A stretch of DNA of 42,835 nt, taken from Anaerolineae bacterium. GTDB taxonomy: Bacteria; Chloroflexota; Anaerolineae; CG2-30-64-16. Both the position numbers and the translations under genes were made by a program. The notes under the pieces were generated by a model that had not been told where the DNA came from, searched no databases, and saw nothing but the letters and a program-made list of their open reading frames with translations. The DNA is taken from contig JALOOB010000001.1 in assembly GCA_025454635.1 (NCBI GenBank), positions 1 through 42,835 of the forward strand. Reading direction: 5' to 3'. The first letter of the stretch is position 1. The number at the start of each line of letters is the position of its first letter. Below are positions 8,999 to 17,174 of this stretch, piece by piece.

Positions 8999-9391
8999 TC
9001 AGGCGCGGGCTAGTGGCGGGCGGAGCGGCGTGCGGATGGACGCCGAGGCGGGCTCGAGCAGCGGCGCGGCGTGGAGGCAATGCTGGCCGAGAGGTATCGG
9101 CATCATCATCCCCCCGAAAATTCCAGGGTTCAGCGCGAGGTGGCAGAATGCATGCGCGACGGCACAAATACCGCAGTCCTCATCCGGCGCGTCACCCGCC
9201 TTGCCGCACGGTTCGCCGGCATCTAGCAAATGGACGGGCTCCCCAACCGCGCTTTCGTGAGCGTGATCGTGCAGGAGCGTGGCCGCGAAACCCTGCAGGG
9301 GCAGCCAGAGAGCGAGCAGCAATGCAATCATCCGCATAATGGTCGGGGATGCTACCGGAGGCGTGCCCCGCAGGCAACCACGCGTGCTCAT
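8999..9391 (-). CDS. Small secreted Cys/His-rich protein, CzcI-like
   Basis: 130 aa from the ATG at 9391 (ATGA overlap with the upstream CDF stop), or 112/110 aa from ATGs at 9337/9331. It has a hydrophobic leader IALLLALWLPLQGFA, the motifs HDHAHE and CGICAVAHAFCH, and the C-terminus RPPLARA. It sits at the head of the OMF-MFP-RND genes, as CzcI does in czc operons. Confidence 0.7.
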   Translation of the reverse strand: MSTRGCLRGTPPVASPTIMRMIALLLALWLPLQGFAATLLHDHAHESAVGEPVHLLDAGEPCGKAGDAPDEDCGICAVAHAFCHLALNPGIFGGMMMPIPLGQHCLHAAPLLEPASASIRTPLRPPLARA

Positions 9392-10044
9392 CGCCCGTGC
9401 TGCACGACCGGATTACCGCCGGAGGACCCCCGCTCGGCGACGAGCTCTGCCCGGGCCTGCGTGATCACGCCGCGCGCGGCCGAGATCGACAAAATGGCGA
9501 ACAGCACCGCCACACCGACGTCCGGCCACAGCGTACCCGTGCCGAACACGCCGGCCGCCGCGAGGATGACGGCGAAATTGCCGATGGCATCGTTGCGCGA
9601 ACAGAGCCACACGGACCGCATGTTCGCGTCCCCGTCGCGGAAGGCATAGAGCAGCACTGCGACGCCGACGTTGACCAGGAGCGCAAGAAGGCCGATGGCC
9701 GCCATCATGGCCGGCTCCGGCGCGGCGCCCCGATAGACGTTCCATGTAGCCAGCCCCAGCACCGCGACGCCGTAGAGGCCCATGGTCCAGCCCTTCGCCA
9801 TCGCCACCCGGCTGCGCCAGACGACGCTCATCGCCAAAGCCGCCAGGCTCACCGCGTAGTTCGCGGCGTCACCGAGAAAATCGATGGCGTCGGCCAGCAG
9901 CGCCGTCGACTCCGCACGCAACGAGGCGCCCGCTTCGACGAAGAACATCGCGGCGTTGGCGACTAGCGCGATCCACAGCACGCGTCGAAATCGTGCGTCG
10001 GACGCGGCCCGGTCCCTGCAGCCCATCTCGCAGCAGTCGTCCAT
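9388..10044 (-). CDS. Short cation diffusion facilitator-like transporter lacking the C-terminal cytoplasmic domain
   Basis: 218-aa ORF with ATG at 10042-10044 and an N-terminal Cys cluster MDDCCEMGC. It has a CDF-type TM core (ALLADAIDFLGDAANY, CSRNDAIGNFAVILAA). It is divergent from a MerR-family gene. Confidence 0.85.
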   Translation of the reverse strand: MDDCCEMGCRDRAASDARFRRVLWIALVANAAMFFVEAGASLRAESTALLADAIDFLGDAANYAVSLAALAMSVVWRSRVAMAKGWTMGLYGVAVLGLATWNVYRGAAPEPAMMAAIGLLALLVNVGVAVLLYAFRDGDANMRSVWLCSRNDAIGNFAVILAAAGVFGTGTLWPDVGVAVLFAILSISAARGVITQARAELVAERGSSGGNPVVQHGR

Positions 10045-10070
10045 CCTGGTCTCCGCTTCTGTTAGCCTTC

Positions 10071-10101
10071 ATTGGGAACCCTGGAGCAGATCGAGAGTCA
10101 A
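10071..10101 (-). promoter_or_regulatory. MerR-type promoter/operator candidate (-35 TTGACT, 19-bp spacer with imperfect dyad, weak -10 CCCAAT)
   Basis: The minus strand reads CTTGACTCTCGATCTGCTCCAGGGTTCCCAAT. The TTGACTCT...AGGGT layout and 19-bp spacer resemble ZntR/CadR/PbrR operators. It lies in the 67-bp gap between the divergent CDF (10044) and merR (10112) starts. Confidence 0.45.
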
Positions 10102-10111
10102 GCGTGTCTAC

Positions 10112-10522
10112 ATGCGTATCGGCGAGCTATCGAAACTGACCGAAACCCCGATCGATACGATCCGCTTCTATGAGCGTATCGGGCTGCTTGCCGCCCCGCG
10201 GCGGAGCGCCGCCAACTATCGCTCGTACGACCCCGCCCACGTGGCGCGGCTTCGGTTCGTTCGCCGATGTCGGAGCCTTGACATGCCGCTGGAAGACATC
10301 CGACGCCTCATCGCGTTCTGCGATACACCCGAGCAGAACTGCGCCGAGGTCAATGCGCTGCTTGCTGCCCAACTCGATCGCGTGCGACAACGGGTCCGCG
10401 CGCTTCGCGCGCTCGCAAGCGAACTCGAGCAGCTGCAGGGCGTCTGTAACGAGCCCGGTCTCGCGCGGCAGTGTCGGATCTTGATGACGCTCAGCACGAC
10501 CAAACGTCGTGGATCACCCTGA
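10112..10522 (+). CDS. MerR-family metal-responsive regulator, CadR/ZntR/PbrR-type
   Basis: The internal ATG at 10112 of track ORF 9884-10522 gives 136 aa. It has the HTH MRIGELSKLTETPIDTIRFYERIGLL and the conserved Cys pattern (IAFCDTPEQNC...QGVCNEPGLARQC). Confidence 0.9.
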   Translation: MRIGELSKLTETPIDTIRFYERIGLLAAPRRSAANYRSYDPAHVARLRFVRRCRSLDMPLEDIRRLIAFCDTPEQNCAEVNALLAAQLDRVRQRVRALRALASELEQLQGVCNEPGLARQCRILMTLSTTKRRGSP

Positions 10523-11091
10523 CCGATCGGGCCCGACAACATCTCCGTCCCCGGACATGCCTCGCGCGAGGTGTCTGAGCAGCGTTGTCATCCATTGCTC
10601 GGCAAACAGTGACTTGAATCGGTCCGGCGCGACTATCGAGCCCTGACGGACGTGTCGCGGCGCCGCAGGAGTCGCCTCTGTCTCCAGGCGTGATCGCGCT
10701 CCCGTAACGGTCAGAAGCCGCGGACTCTGCGAAGTCCGCTGTCAGCTGCCGCGGCAGGATAGTGGGAACTGAGCGGAGCGCGACAGCGACGTCCGGGCCG
10801 AGATCGCGATCAGGCGCCTTGCACTGGGTGCGCACGCTGCCGTTGCTGCTGCCCAGGGCGGCAAACCGAGCGCTCCTGCCATAGCCCACGCAGTCATCAG
10901 TCGTGCTCCCGTGATGCAACCCTTCTCCAGTGCCGAAGTGATTGCCTGGGCTCGGGTGGTCTCGTCGAAGTCACTCCGCCAAAGACGATGTAATGCAGCG
11001 GTCACCTGCCTGTAAGGAGCACATCGCAATAGTAGCGGTATGCACCCGTGACACCAGGATGGGTGCCAACACTTTCATCAGGAGCATGACC

Positions 11092-11274
11092 ATGTTCCCT
11101 GCAGGCGCCATGAAGACACTTTCCTGGCTTGTGCCGTTGATCGTCCTGGTCAGCGTGACGGGGTGTGCCTCGTCATCCAATCCCCAGGAGGGCCGAAAGT
11201 GGGTGGTAGAGCAGCAGAACGAGCGTGATCGACTGGAAAGCCAGGGTTTTCCGCAGCACACCGGGGGCAGCTGA
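11092..11274 (+). CDS. Small putative lipoprotein
   Basis: An AGGAG lies 7 nt upstream of the ATG at 11092. The leader MFPAGAMKTLSWLVPLIVLVSVTGC has a lipobox-like VTGC. The local GC is lower than the surroundings. Confidence 0.45.
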   Translation: MFPAGAMKTLSWLVPLIVLVSVTGCASSSNPQEGRKWVVEQQNERDRLESQGFPQHTGGS

Positions 11275-11378
11275 CTTCTAGTGCGCAGGAGGCCGGCTGC
11301 TGCCGGTTTCGAGGCGGACTGCCCTTTGAAGAGCGCCGGTTGATGGGCAACCGCCAACTTGTTCGCGAGGGACCGATC

Positions 11379-11984
11379 ATGGCCTCGATTCTGGTGGTCG
11401 ACGATGAAGCAGGTATTCGCGACCTTCTCACGGAAGTGCTTCAGGACGCAGGTCATCGCGTTTACGCAGCGGAAAGCGCCGATGCTGCACGGCGGCTCGT
11501 CGCGACGTATCGATTCGATCTCGCATTGCTCGATGTCTGGATGCCCGGTGAGGACGGGCTTCAGTTAATCGAGAGTTGGCACTCGACTGGATCGCTGCCC
11601 TGCTCGATCGTGATGCTTTCCGGCTACGGCACGCTCGATCGCGCCGTAACGGCTACGCGCTTGGGCGCGGTCGCGTTTCTGGAGAAGCCGATCCGCTTGC
11701 AGTCGTTGCTCTCAGAGGTCGCGGGCGCACTTCGCGGCGCACCCGTTCCTGTGGTGGTGGACGCTCCGGAGCCCTCGACCGCCGCCGCGGGCCGCAGCAC
11801 GACCACTCCTGTGCTCGACTTTACCCTGCCGTATCGCGAGGCACGGACCGCCTTCGAGCGCGAGTACCTGGCCTTTCAACTCAGACGGTGTGGAGGCCGG
11901 GTTGCGTTGCTCGCGGACGCTATCGGCCTGGAACGCACCAATCTGTATCGCAAGCTGAAGGAGTTGAACCTTCTGTCCGCGTGA
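11379..11984 (+). CDS. Response regulator with receiver and Fis-type HTH domains (NtrC-like, no AAA+ domain)
   Basis: About 201 aa from the ATG at 11379. It has the receiver MASILVVDDEAGIRDLL...LLDVWMPGEDG and the C-terminus FEREYLAFQLRRCGGRVALLADAIGLERTNLYRKLKEL. Confidence 0.85.
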   Translation: MASILVVDDEAGIRDLLTEVLQDAGHRVYAAESADAARRLVATYRFDLALLDVWMPGEDGLQLIESWHSTGSLPCSIVMLSGYGTLDRAVTATRLGAVAFLEKPIRLQSLLSEVAGALRGAPVPVVVDAPEPSTAAAGRSTTTPVLDFTLPYREARTAFEREYLAFQLRRCGGRVALLADAIGLERTNLYRKLKELNLLSA

Positions 11985-11997
11985 ACTTCCATAGCCG

Positions 11998-12038
11998 AAA
12001 AAGCGGCAGGTTCGGAGCTGTCCGCCCCGCACCTGCCG
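11998..12038 (-). terminator. Intrinsic terminator candidate downstream of the porin gene
   Basis: An 8-bp GC-rich stem (CGGCAGGT at 12004-12011 pairing with ACCTGCCG at 12031-12038) is followed on the minus strand by a TTTTT run (plus-strand AAAAA at 11998-12002). It lies between convergent genes. Confidence 0.5.
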
Positions 12039-12073
12039 AAATCCCCTCTTCCTGAGCGGCGTGGCTGTTCGAC

Positions 12074-13276
12074 TCAGAACGCGTGGAAGACTCCGAGTGC
12101 CCAGATGCGCGGATCAGCGCCGGCGCCGATGCCCGGGAGGAAGCCGTTGTTGACCGCGGACGTCTGGCCCGCTGCGACGTAGTCGGTGATCTGGTTGGAA
12201 TCGTTCCTGGTCTCGTTATAGGTGGCGTACAGCCAGGTCCGCTTCGACAGGAGGTAGCGTGCGCCGACCATATAGCTGCGCGACTTGGTATCGCTGCAAC
12301 CGTTCGCCACCGAACACCCCTTTGCATTGCCAAGCTCGCCGTACTGGGCGAGCGCCTGAACGTTGCCGAAGGTGTGCTCCCAGCTCAGCGCCCAGCCGTC
12401 CTGCTCGAGCGAGTCGCCAGCGGCGCTGAACCCCGCCTGCGGCCCCGGGATGGTCCCCGACGCCGCATTGCCCACCTTGTTCTCGACGCGGAGCCAGAGC
12501 GCCGAGATCTGCGCGCCCGGCATGTACTTCCAGCCGCCGAGAACCTTGAGCCCCGTGACCTCAGGCCGCTGACCCAAGACCGGGCGAGCGCCCTCGTTCT
12601 GCGCCCAGTCGATCTGGGCGGAGAACGGCCCGCCCGCCCAGCGCGCGGTCAGACCCCAGATCCGCGCGTCCGTGTTCGCACCCGCCTGCGCGGACTCCGA
12701 GTTGGGCGCGTAGCTCGCAGTGGCGTTGAAGCCCGCATAGGTAGGCGAGGTGTACTGAACCACGTTGCCTGTCCGCGCCACAGGACCCGCCAGCCGGCCG
12801 AGAATCACACCGCTGAGGAAAGGCAGCTCCGTGTTCACGTAGTTCGCCGCGTGCTGGATGATCGTACCGTTCGCCCAGTAGATCGACTGGCGGCCGAAGC
12901 TGACGCGCCCGTACCCGCTGTCGAGGCCTACGAACGAGTCGCGAGACGCCCACGAACCGTTCGCGTTGGCGTTCACGGCACCGCTTTGCCCTGTACCTGT
13001 GCCCGAGTCGATGTTTACCCCGGTCTCGATCTGGAAGATCGCCCGCAGCCCGTTGCCCAAGTCCTCCGTTCCCCGAAAGCCGACACGGGACGAGTTGTCG
13101 AAGACGCGGTTGCGGCTCGAGAAGTCGGCGCCGCTCCCGGCGGTCGCTCCCGTTGCCGCGTAGTTATCGAATCCCAGATTGGCCCGGCCATAGAGCTGGA
13201 CATTGCTCGACTGAGCCTGTGCCGCTCCTGCGACCAACACCATCGCGAACGGGAGCGCGATTCTGCGCTTCTTCAT
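12074..13276 (-). CDS. General porin (Gram-negative trimeric porin family)
   Basis: An internal ATG at 13276 is preceded by GAGGAGA. It has the signal peptide MKKRRIALPFAMVLVAGAAQA, the motif SNVQLYGRANLGFD, alternating beta-strand sequence and a C-terminal aromatic residue (GVFHAF). Confidence 0.9.
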   Translation of the reverse strand: MKKRRIALPFAMVLVAGAAQAQSSNVQLYGRANLGFDNYAATGATAGSGADFSSRNRVFDNSSRVGFRGTEDLGNGLRAIFQIETGVNIDSGTGTGQSGAVNANANGSWASRDSFVGLDSGYGRVSFGRQSIYWANGTIIQHAANYVNTELPFLSGVILGRLAGPVARTGNVVQYTSPTYAGFNATASYAPNSESAQAGANTDARIWGLTARWAGGPFSAQIDWAQNEGARPVLGQRPEVTGLKVLGGWKYMPGAQISALWLRVENKVGNAASGTIPGPQAGFSAAGDSLEQDGWALSWEHTFGNVQALAQYGELGNAKGCSVANGCSDTKSRSYMVGARYLLSKRTWLYATYNETRNDSNQITDYVAAGQTSAVNNGFLPGIGAGADPRIWALGVFHAF

Positions 13277-13604
13277 GCCTTTATCTCCTCTGTTGCACAT
13301 CGTGCTCGCACGAGCTGCGCGAGTGCCCGGAGGCTAAGCGCGGACACAAGCTGCATGAAGGCCACGCCGCCGCGGTACGCGCGGTACGGCGTCAAAGCAG
13401 CCCCGCGCGGACGGTGCTGTTGCACGCCGACAACAAGGCGTTCGATGGCGACGGCGCGCGACCGTCCGTGGGCAACGGTTGTTTCCAGCACTTGATGTCC
13501 TGCCTTCAGTTGCTGGCGCACAACAGATCTCGTCGGGTATGCCGCAGACTGCGGATTACTGGCTCGCATCTCAGCGCTTGTCGTGTCGCGACAACTGCCG
13601 CGGA

Positions 13605-15206
13605 ATGAAACTTCAAGCCTGCGTGATCAACCAGTATCAGAGCGTTCACTTGAAGCGACAGCTGCATGCCGTCATGCGCGCCGCACGTTGCGGCGACCCG
13701 CACGCGCAACTCACGCTGGGCCACTACTATCTGGATGGGAATGCCGGGCTGCCGATCGATCCCCGAGCGGCCTGCCTGTGGTTGAGCCGCGCGGCTGCCC
13801 AGGGCTCCGATGACGCCGCGTGGTTGATCGCGACCCGGGTCCCTGCGGCTGGGGTCATCGATCCCGGAAGCGCCCTGCCCTACTTCGAAGCGGCCGCCTC
13901 TCGCGGCAACGCGCATGCCAAGAAGGTCCTCGCCGACTGGTGTCTTTCCGGAGCGGCGGGTCTGGCCGATCCGTCACGCGCGCTGGCGTTACTGCTTGAA
14001 CTTGCCGACGCAGGAGACACGGGTGCACAACTCCGGCTAGGGCTCGTACTGCTTGCCAACGCCTCCGACGACATCACGCCGACCGACGCCATCCGCTGGC
14101 TCGAGCGCGCGGCGCACGCAGGGTCGGTCGCGGCCCAGCGGTTTCTGGGGCGGTATCTGTTCGAACGAGGCGAAGACCAGGAGCGGGCGGCACACTGGCT
14201 ACTTTTGCTCGCCAACGCCGGCGATGCCGAGATGGGCACGCTGCTCGGGATCGTGCTGCTCCGCCAAGAGCGGCGTCGGGAGGCCGCGCACTGGCTTGCA
14301 AGGTCAGCACAGCGCGGCGATAGCCTTGCCCAACTCTGGCTTGGCCGGGCCTTCCTCGCGTCGCAGGGTAGGCGTGCATCGGGGCTACCCCGCAGCTACA
14401 AGCAGGCCGCTCGGTGGCTGGCACGCGCAGCGGCCCAGGGAAACGGCGATGCGTGTCTCGAATTGTCGCGCCTGTACCTCCGACGGTCATTCTCAGGGCG
14501 CGACCCCTCGATGGCGCGGCGCTACCTCGAACGTGCGGCCATGCTCGACAGCATCGATGCCCAGTACGAACTAGGCCGCGCCTGTCTTCGTCGCGGTGCC
14601 GCGTCGGACGGTGACGTCCGCGGCACTTCGTGGCTCGTCAGGGCCACGGCAGCCGGAAGCCTCGCAGCTGCCCGGTTACTTGAAGAGTCCGGGCTCACCA
14701 CGCCTCCGGCCATTGAAGAGACCCGAGCGCAACGCCGCGCGCTAACTCGCGCTTTGGCGGTGACGGACCTTCCGCTCAGCTGTCGACTCGAGATCGCGTA
14801 CGAGTTCGCGCTTACACTGCCCGAAGCGCTGCTCCTCGATCCCGTCGCCGCCGATCGCGGCGAGTGTCTGCTGATCACACGGCATCCCGGAGTGCGAGTC
14901 GTCTCGCGCCGGGTTCGTGCGGTGCACACGCGCGAGCAGCGCGAAGCACTCGATCGTTCCAAGCGCTTGATCCGTCCGGATCCGCTCTCTGCGGCGTGTC
15001 CGCATCGCGCTCTCGCACAGCGTGTCGACATGCTGCTCCAGTACTGCCGTCAGCTGAGCCTCGACATCGCGCTCCTGCCCCTTGGCTCCTCTCCGACTGA
15101 CCAACGCACCGCCCCGCACAACCGCACTGCACGTCGCCAAGGATCGCCGCAAACGCCGGAATCATCGCGATCCGGCCGTACCGGTCCCGCCCGCACTCAA
15201 CTTTGA
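13605..15206 (+). CDS. Sel1-like (TPR-family) repeat protein
   Basis: There are multiple repeats of the A-x-x-W-L-x-R-A-A-x-x-G type (ACLWLSRAAAQGSDDA, AIRWLERAAHAGSVAA, AAHWLARSAQRGDSLA, AARWLARAAAQGNGDA). The start was chosen at the ATG at 13605. The first start in the track (13479) is also possible. Confidence 0.8.
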   Translation: MKLQACVINQYQSVHLKRQLHAVMRAARCGDPHAQLTLGHYYLDGNAGLPIDPRAACLWLSRAAAQGSDDAAWLIATRVPAAGVIDPGSALPYFEAAASRGNAHAKKVLADWCLSGAAGLADPSRALALLLELADAGDTGAQLRLGLVLLANASDDITPTDAIRWLERAAHAGSVAAQRFLGRYLFERGEDQERAAHWLLLLANAGDAEMGTLLGIVLLRQERRREAAHWLARSAQRGDSLAQLWLGRAFLASQGRRASGLPRSYKQAARWLARAAAQGNGDACLELSRLYLRRSFSGRDPSMARRYLERAAMLDSIDAQYELGRACLRRGAASDGDVRGTSWLVRATAAGSLAAARLLEESGLTTPPAIEETRAQRRALTRALAVTDLPLSCRLEIAYEFALTLPEALLLDPVAADRGECLLITRHPGVRVVSRRVRAVHTREQREALDRSKRLIRPDPLSAACPHRALAQRVDMLLQYCRQLSLDIALLPLGSSPTDQRTAPHNRTARRQGSPQTPESSRSGRTGPARTQL

Positions 15207-15378
15207 TGGCGGGACCGGAGATCGCGACGCGAAGGGTTGGTGCGCTCCGGCCTCCACGCGGCGCGACGGCACGCCTTCCATCGCCAGCGAGGTCGTCCTT
15301 GACCTTGGAGTGCCGCACACCCTCATCCTGCTGACGTGACACCCCGAGGGCCTGCTAGGCCCGCCACCAGGAGTCGCT

Positions 15379-15687
15379 ATGTCGGTATTCGATGAACTGT
15401 TTGCGATAACGAACCTTCCGCCGGAGCTTCCTGTCCTGGGGCTCGGGACGCTCGAATCAGCAAATCACGGAAGCCAATGCGACTGCACGCTCTTGGCAAG
15501 CGCCTGCCACGTCGCCACGGAGTCCATCACGTTCGAGTTCTGCAAACGCGTGCTCGCAAAACACTGGACCCTCCGGTGCCGCCACGGGGAACAGGGCAGC
15601 ACGGCGGTCAAGGGACACCACCTGCCGCCCCTGGGGCCGCTTGATCGAGTGGGCGGAATCCTCGTCCAGGGCCTCCCGCTGCCTTGA
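15379..15687 (+). CDS. Hypothetical protein (weak call)
   Basis: 102-aa ORF with AGGAG 6 nt upstream of the ATG. It has a lower-GC 5' end and no recognisable motifs. Confidence 0.3.
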   Translation: MSVFDELFAITNLPPELPVLGLGTLESANHGSQCDCTLLASACHVATESITFEFCKRVLAKHWTLRCRHGEQGSTAVKGHHLPPLGPLDRVGGILVQGLPLP

Positions 15688-15750
15688 GTGGTCCGCCTGA
15701 AGCGCTTCCGCAGCGGAGCCTACCCCCGTCGCGCGACGTCCCTGCCTTTC

Positions 15751-16137
15751 TTAGCCAGGCTCGGAGAGGTATGAGTGGCACGCGCTGACGCAATCGGCAC
15801 ATGCGAGTGCGCATAGCCGCCCGCTCGGCGAGCACAGCCCGGCGTGCGCGCATTGCGCGCAAAGGGACGCGCAGCCCTCGCACCACGAGCGTGCCGCAGG
15901 CGAGCGCGCCATGAGATGACTCGCTGCGGCTGCGCAGACATCCGCACACAGGCTGATCAGACGGACGTGTTGAAGGTCGGCCGCTACGGCGTCGGGTGTC
16001 GACCGCGCCGTGGTCCCGAACCAGGTGCATACCGAGCAACAGTGCAGACAAGCCTCGAGATACTGCCGCGCCCTCTCCGATCCGAGTCGGAGGTCCGGCA
16101 CACCATCACTCCCGAAAAGGTCTTCCTCTTTCAACAC
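15751..16137 (-). CDS. Cys-rich four-helix-bundle metal-binding protein (DUF326/YhjQ-like, copper-storage-like)
   Basis: 128 aa with about 15 Cys arranged in CxxC/CxxxC heptad-like spacing (ACLHCCSVC, LCADVC, WCEGCASLCAQC, LCALACADCVSAC). It has no signal peptide. The start is a GTG, so the exact start is uncertain. Confidence 0.7.
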   Translation of the reverse strand: MLKEEDLFGSDGVPDLRLGSERARQYLEACLHCCSVCTWFGTTARSTPDAVAADLQHVRLISLCADVCAAAASHLMARSPAARSWCEGCASLCAQCAHAGLCSPSGRLCALACADCVSACHSYLSEPG

Positions 16138-16288
16138 CCAGCATCTCCGCGGATAGCATGGTTGAACCCGCTCCGGTCAGTCACAGCGGCCACGCCGCGC
16201 CCGCGCAAGGCTTCTGCCGGGCGAGCGTGCGCATAGGCACCAGGGCTGTCCGGTCGGACCTAGCCTTGCGGGGCCCCGTGCCACGAGG

Positions 16289-16681
16289 TCAGGGGTTGTG
16301 CTTGTCCGCCTCGTGGTATCGCCCGGTGGCTCGCTCCTTGTTCGAATCAACGACTCTGGCCCCGGACTTGTTTCCCGGCGACGACGCCGTAGCCGGGGCC
16401 CGCCCGCCTGTCGCGCTCTCGCGACGCATCCGTTCGTGCATGCCGGGCGCGTGCTCGTTTTGTTCGTTCATGTCGTGCCCTCGAACTGGTGCCGGCTTGG
16501 TCCCGGGAGCGACTTCGCCCTGCTGCCGGCGCATCGTCTCCCGCATGCCCGGAGCGTTCATGTTCTGCTCGTTCATGTCGTGCCCGGGCGGCGGCCCGCT
16601 CGGCTTGACGCCTGCTTGCCCAGCCGCGAGGGTGGATGTCAGCGCCAGCGCGACGGCGGCGACTACCTTTCGAAGGTACAT
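16289..16681 (-). CDS. Secreted His/Met-rich tandem-repeat protein (SilE/PcoE-like character)
   Basis: An internal ATG at 16681 is preceded by AGGAGA and gives 130 aa. It has the signal peptide MYLRKVVAAVALALTSTLAA and two copies of GHDMNEQN(M/E)(N/H)APGM(R/H)E(T/R)M. It is a paralog of 24826-25203. Confidence 0.75.
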   Translation of the reverse strand: MYLRKVVAAVALALTSTLAAGQAGVKPSGPPPGHDMNEQNMNAPGMRETMRRQQGEVAPGTKPAPVRGHDMNEQNEHAPGMHERMRRESATGGRAPATASSPGNKSGARVVDSNKERATGRYHEADKHNP

Positions 16682-16748
16682 GCGGATTCTCCTGATCTGA
16701 TTAGCGCCTGATGGCATCCCTAGGTTGGACCTTGGAGCGACTCGCAGG

Positions 16749-17174
16749 TCAAGGGGCAGCGACCGCCTCTGCTTCAGCCAGCGAGTCCACGAGATGGCAG
16801 ATCTCCCTGTCGCGCGGCGCCCGATCCGGCAATCCACGCCACAGCTCCCGCGCCCTGACCATCCGGGTGTGGATGCGCACCAATGCGTCGATCTCCTGCT
16901 CCTTCTCGACGAGGCGCGCCTCCAGCGTCTCACGGACCAGGGGACACACCGCATGTCCCGTCTCCGCCATCTCGAGCACCGACCGCACGTCGCTCAGCGT
17001 GAACCCTAGCTGCTTCGCGTGAACGATGAACCGCAAGGCACACAGATCCCGCTCGCGGAATCGCCGGTAGTCGTTGTGATCATCCCGTTCCGGTCTGAGC
17101 AGACCGATTCGGGCGTAGTAGCGCACCGTCTCCGGCGACACTCCGGCGCGACGTGCGATTTCATTGACTTTCAT
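16749..17174 (-). CDS. MerR-family transcriptional regulator
   Basis: An internal ATG at 17174 gives 141 aa. It has the HTH MKVNEIARRAGVSPETVRYYARIGLL and the dimerisation helix EARLVEKEQEIDALVRIHTRM. Confidence 0.85.
   Translation of the reverse strand: MKVNEIARRAGVSPETVRYYARIGLLRPERDDHNDYRRFRERDLCALRFIVHAKQLGFTLSDVRSVLEMAETGHAVCPLVRETLEARLVEKEQEIDALVRIHTRMVRARELWRGLPDRAPRDREICHLVDSLAEAEAVAAP

Noticed and set aside
10989-10994. A third TGTAAT hexamer that might have been another copper box
   Set aside because: The position 10 nt upstream (CCAAAG) does not resemble the ATGACA/ATTACG left half-site, and the context is not a metal-gene promoter.
16690-16748. Imperfect dyad CCAAGGT-cca-ACCTAGG between the MerR gene and the His/Met protein gene as a MerR operator
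   Set aside because: I could not find an associated -35/-10 pair with a 19-20 bp spacer. The site lies downstream of the regulator gene rather than in a divergent promoter. It is too weak to call.
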